Source: Octopus bimaculoides
Lineage: Eukaryota
Direction: 5' to 3'
Assembly: GCF_001194135.2 (NCBI RefSeq)
Contig: NC_068982.1
Coordinates: forward strand, 115,571,512-115,635,511
DNA: 64,000 nt
Each line of letters starts with the position of its first letter. The first letter of the stretch is position 1. Below are positions 62,951 through 64,000 of the stretch, piece by piece. The translations under genes and the position numbers were made by a program. Below the pieces are notes generated by a model. The model made no database searches and was not told the DNA's origin. It saw only the letters and a program-made list of their open reading frames with translations.

Positions 62951-63319
62951 CATATATATAGAGATTTACATACACACACATATATATAAACCTAAATCAT
63001 CTATAAATTTTTATGGTAAATATATATATGCTGGTAGACGGAGTTGGCCGATCATGCGCCGTTCGAGCAGTTCTCACGGGCGATATCTACGATATAGACG
63101 AAACTAGATCTAGTCTGGAGATCCTCGAGTCGATCATGGGGCGGCTACCAGCTCTGTCAGCATGTGTGTATACATTTTGCGTTCCATCTACTGCATTAAG
63201 TGTATTTTAACTCTCATTTCTAGCAATGTAGGTGCTTCGACATCCTTAGTCGCACTTAGTGACGATTGAATTTTTTCTTTACGGTATCACGTTGCACCTG
63301 ACTACATATATATATATAT

Positions 63320-63535
63320 CTTTTACTTGTTTCAGTCTTTTTGACTGTGGCCATGCTGGAGCACCGCCTTTAGTCGAGCAAATCGACCCCAGGACTTATT
63401 CTTTGGAAGCCTAGTACTTATTCTATCGGTCTCTTTTGCCGAACCGTTAATTTACGGGGACATAAACACATCAGCATCGGTTGTCAAGCGATGTTGGGGG
63501 GACAAACACAGACATACAAACACATACACACATAC
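63320..63535 (-). mobile_element. SINE 3' module (family B), CpG-intact
   Basis: Homologous to 14810-15072. Confidence 0.8.
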
Positions 63536-63538
63536 ATA

Positions 63539-63891
63539 TATAGGAAAGTGGGTTATACATCATTAGATGTAGACCTGACTTTCCTTTATTAAATTAGAAG
63601 TGAACGGAACGCAGAACTCCAAACTGATCAACAACAACATTTATTTATGGTGGAAAATATACATCTTTAATCTTGTTTGTTGAGACGTCTTCGGTGTGTG
63701 AGAACATGGTTGTTGGGACCTTGGTATATTGATGTGAGCTGTCTAGCGTGAGTTCGAAAGATGGAGAGATAGCTAGACACGTCCTTGCTCAATCGCTGGC
63801 CAGCAAGAAAAGAGACAGAATAAAGCGGGAAATGCTTGGATGTTGAATTCCACGCATGCGTGAGACTACGCATGCGCACGGCGTTACTACA
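63539..63891 (-). mobile_element. LTR copy 3, probably a 3' LTR with internal sequence running off the window end
   Basis: Same termini as copies 1 and 2; no TSD; on the minus strand preceded by the PPT-like AAGGGGAGCCC. Confidence 0.75.
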
Positions 63892-64000
63892 GGGCTCCCC
63901 TTGCCAGTGTGGAACGCACTGAAAACCACCCACAAGATGTAGCACAAACACACACAAAGAAAATGAAAGAAATGAAATGTACACTCGTGTGATACATGCA

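Overview
Eukaryotic, AT-rich genomic DNA with several N gaps, most likely from an octopus or other coleoid cephalopod (inferred from the SINE/RTE repertoire, not proven). Bases 496-38198 (+) hold the 3' part of a non-erythroid alpha-spectrin gene. I traced 35 GT-AG coding exons in one continuous frame, from the SH3 domain through the spectrin repeats to the EF-hands and stop codon, followed by two poly(A) signals. Two extra in-frame cassette candidates lie in the introns: a 66-nt exon (8170-8235) and an 18-nt microexon (31875-31892, LWLLDG) that matches the vertebrate TYLLDG insert in position and sequence. Beyond about 39 kb the window is mostly transposon debris: a BovB-like RTE LINE, Tx1/L1-like fragments, a Buster-type hAT, a DD41D rosa element, MITEs, three copies of a Gypsy-type LTR with TG...TA ends, and many tRNA-derived SINEs. 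One SINE carries a Penelope-type minimal hammerhead ribozyme. No rRNA, bona fide tRNA or CRISPR array was found. Most ORFs in the supplied track are spurious (microsatellites, gaps, antisense or intron read-through). Exon, TIR and TSD coordinates were read by hand; repeat boundaries are approximate.
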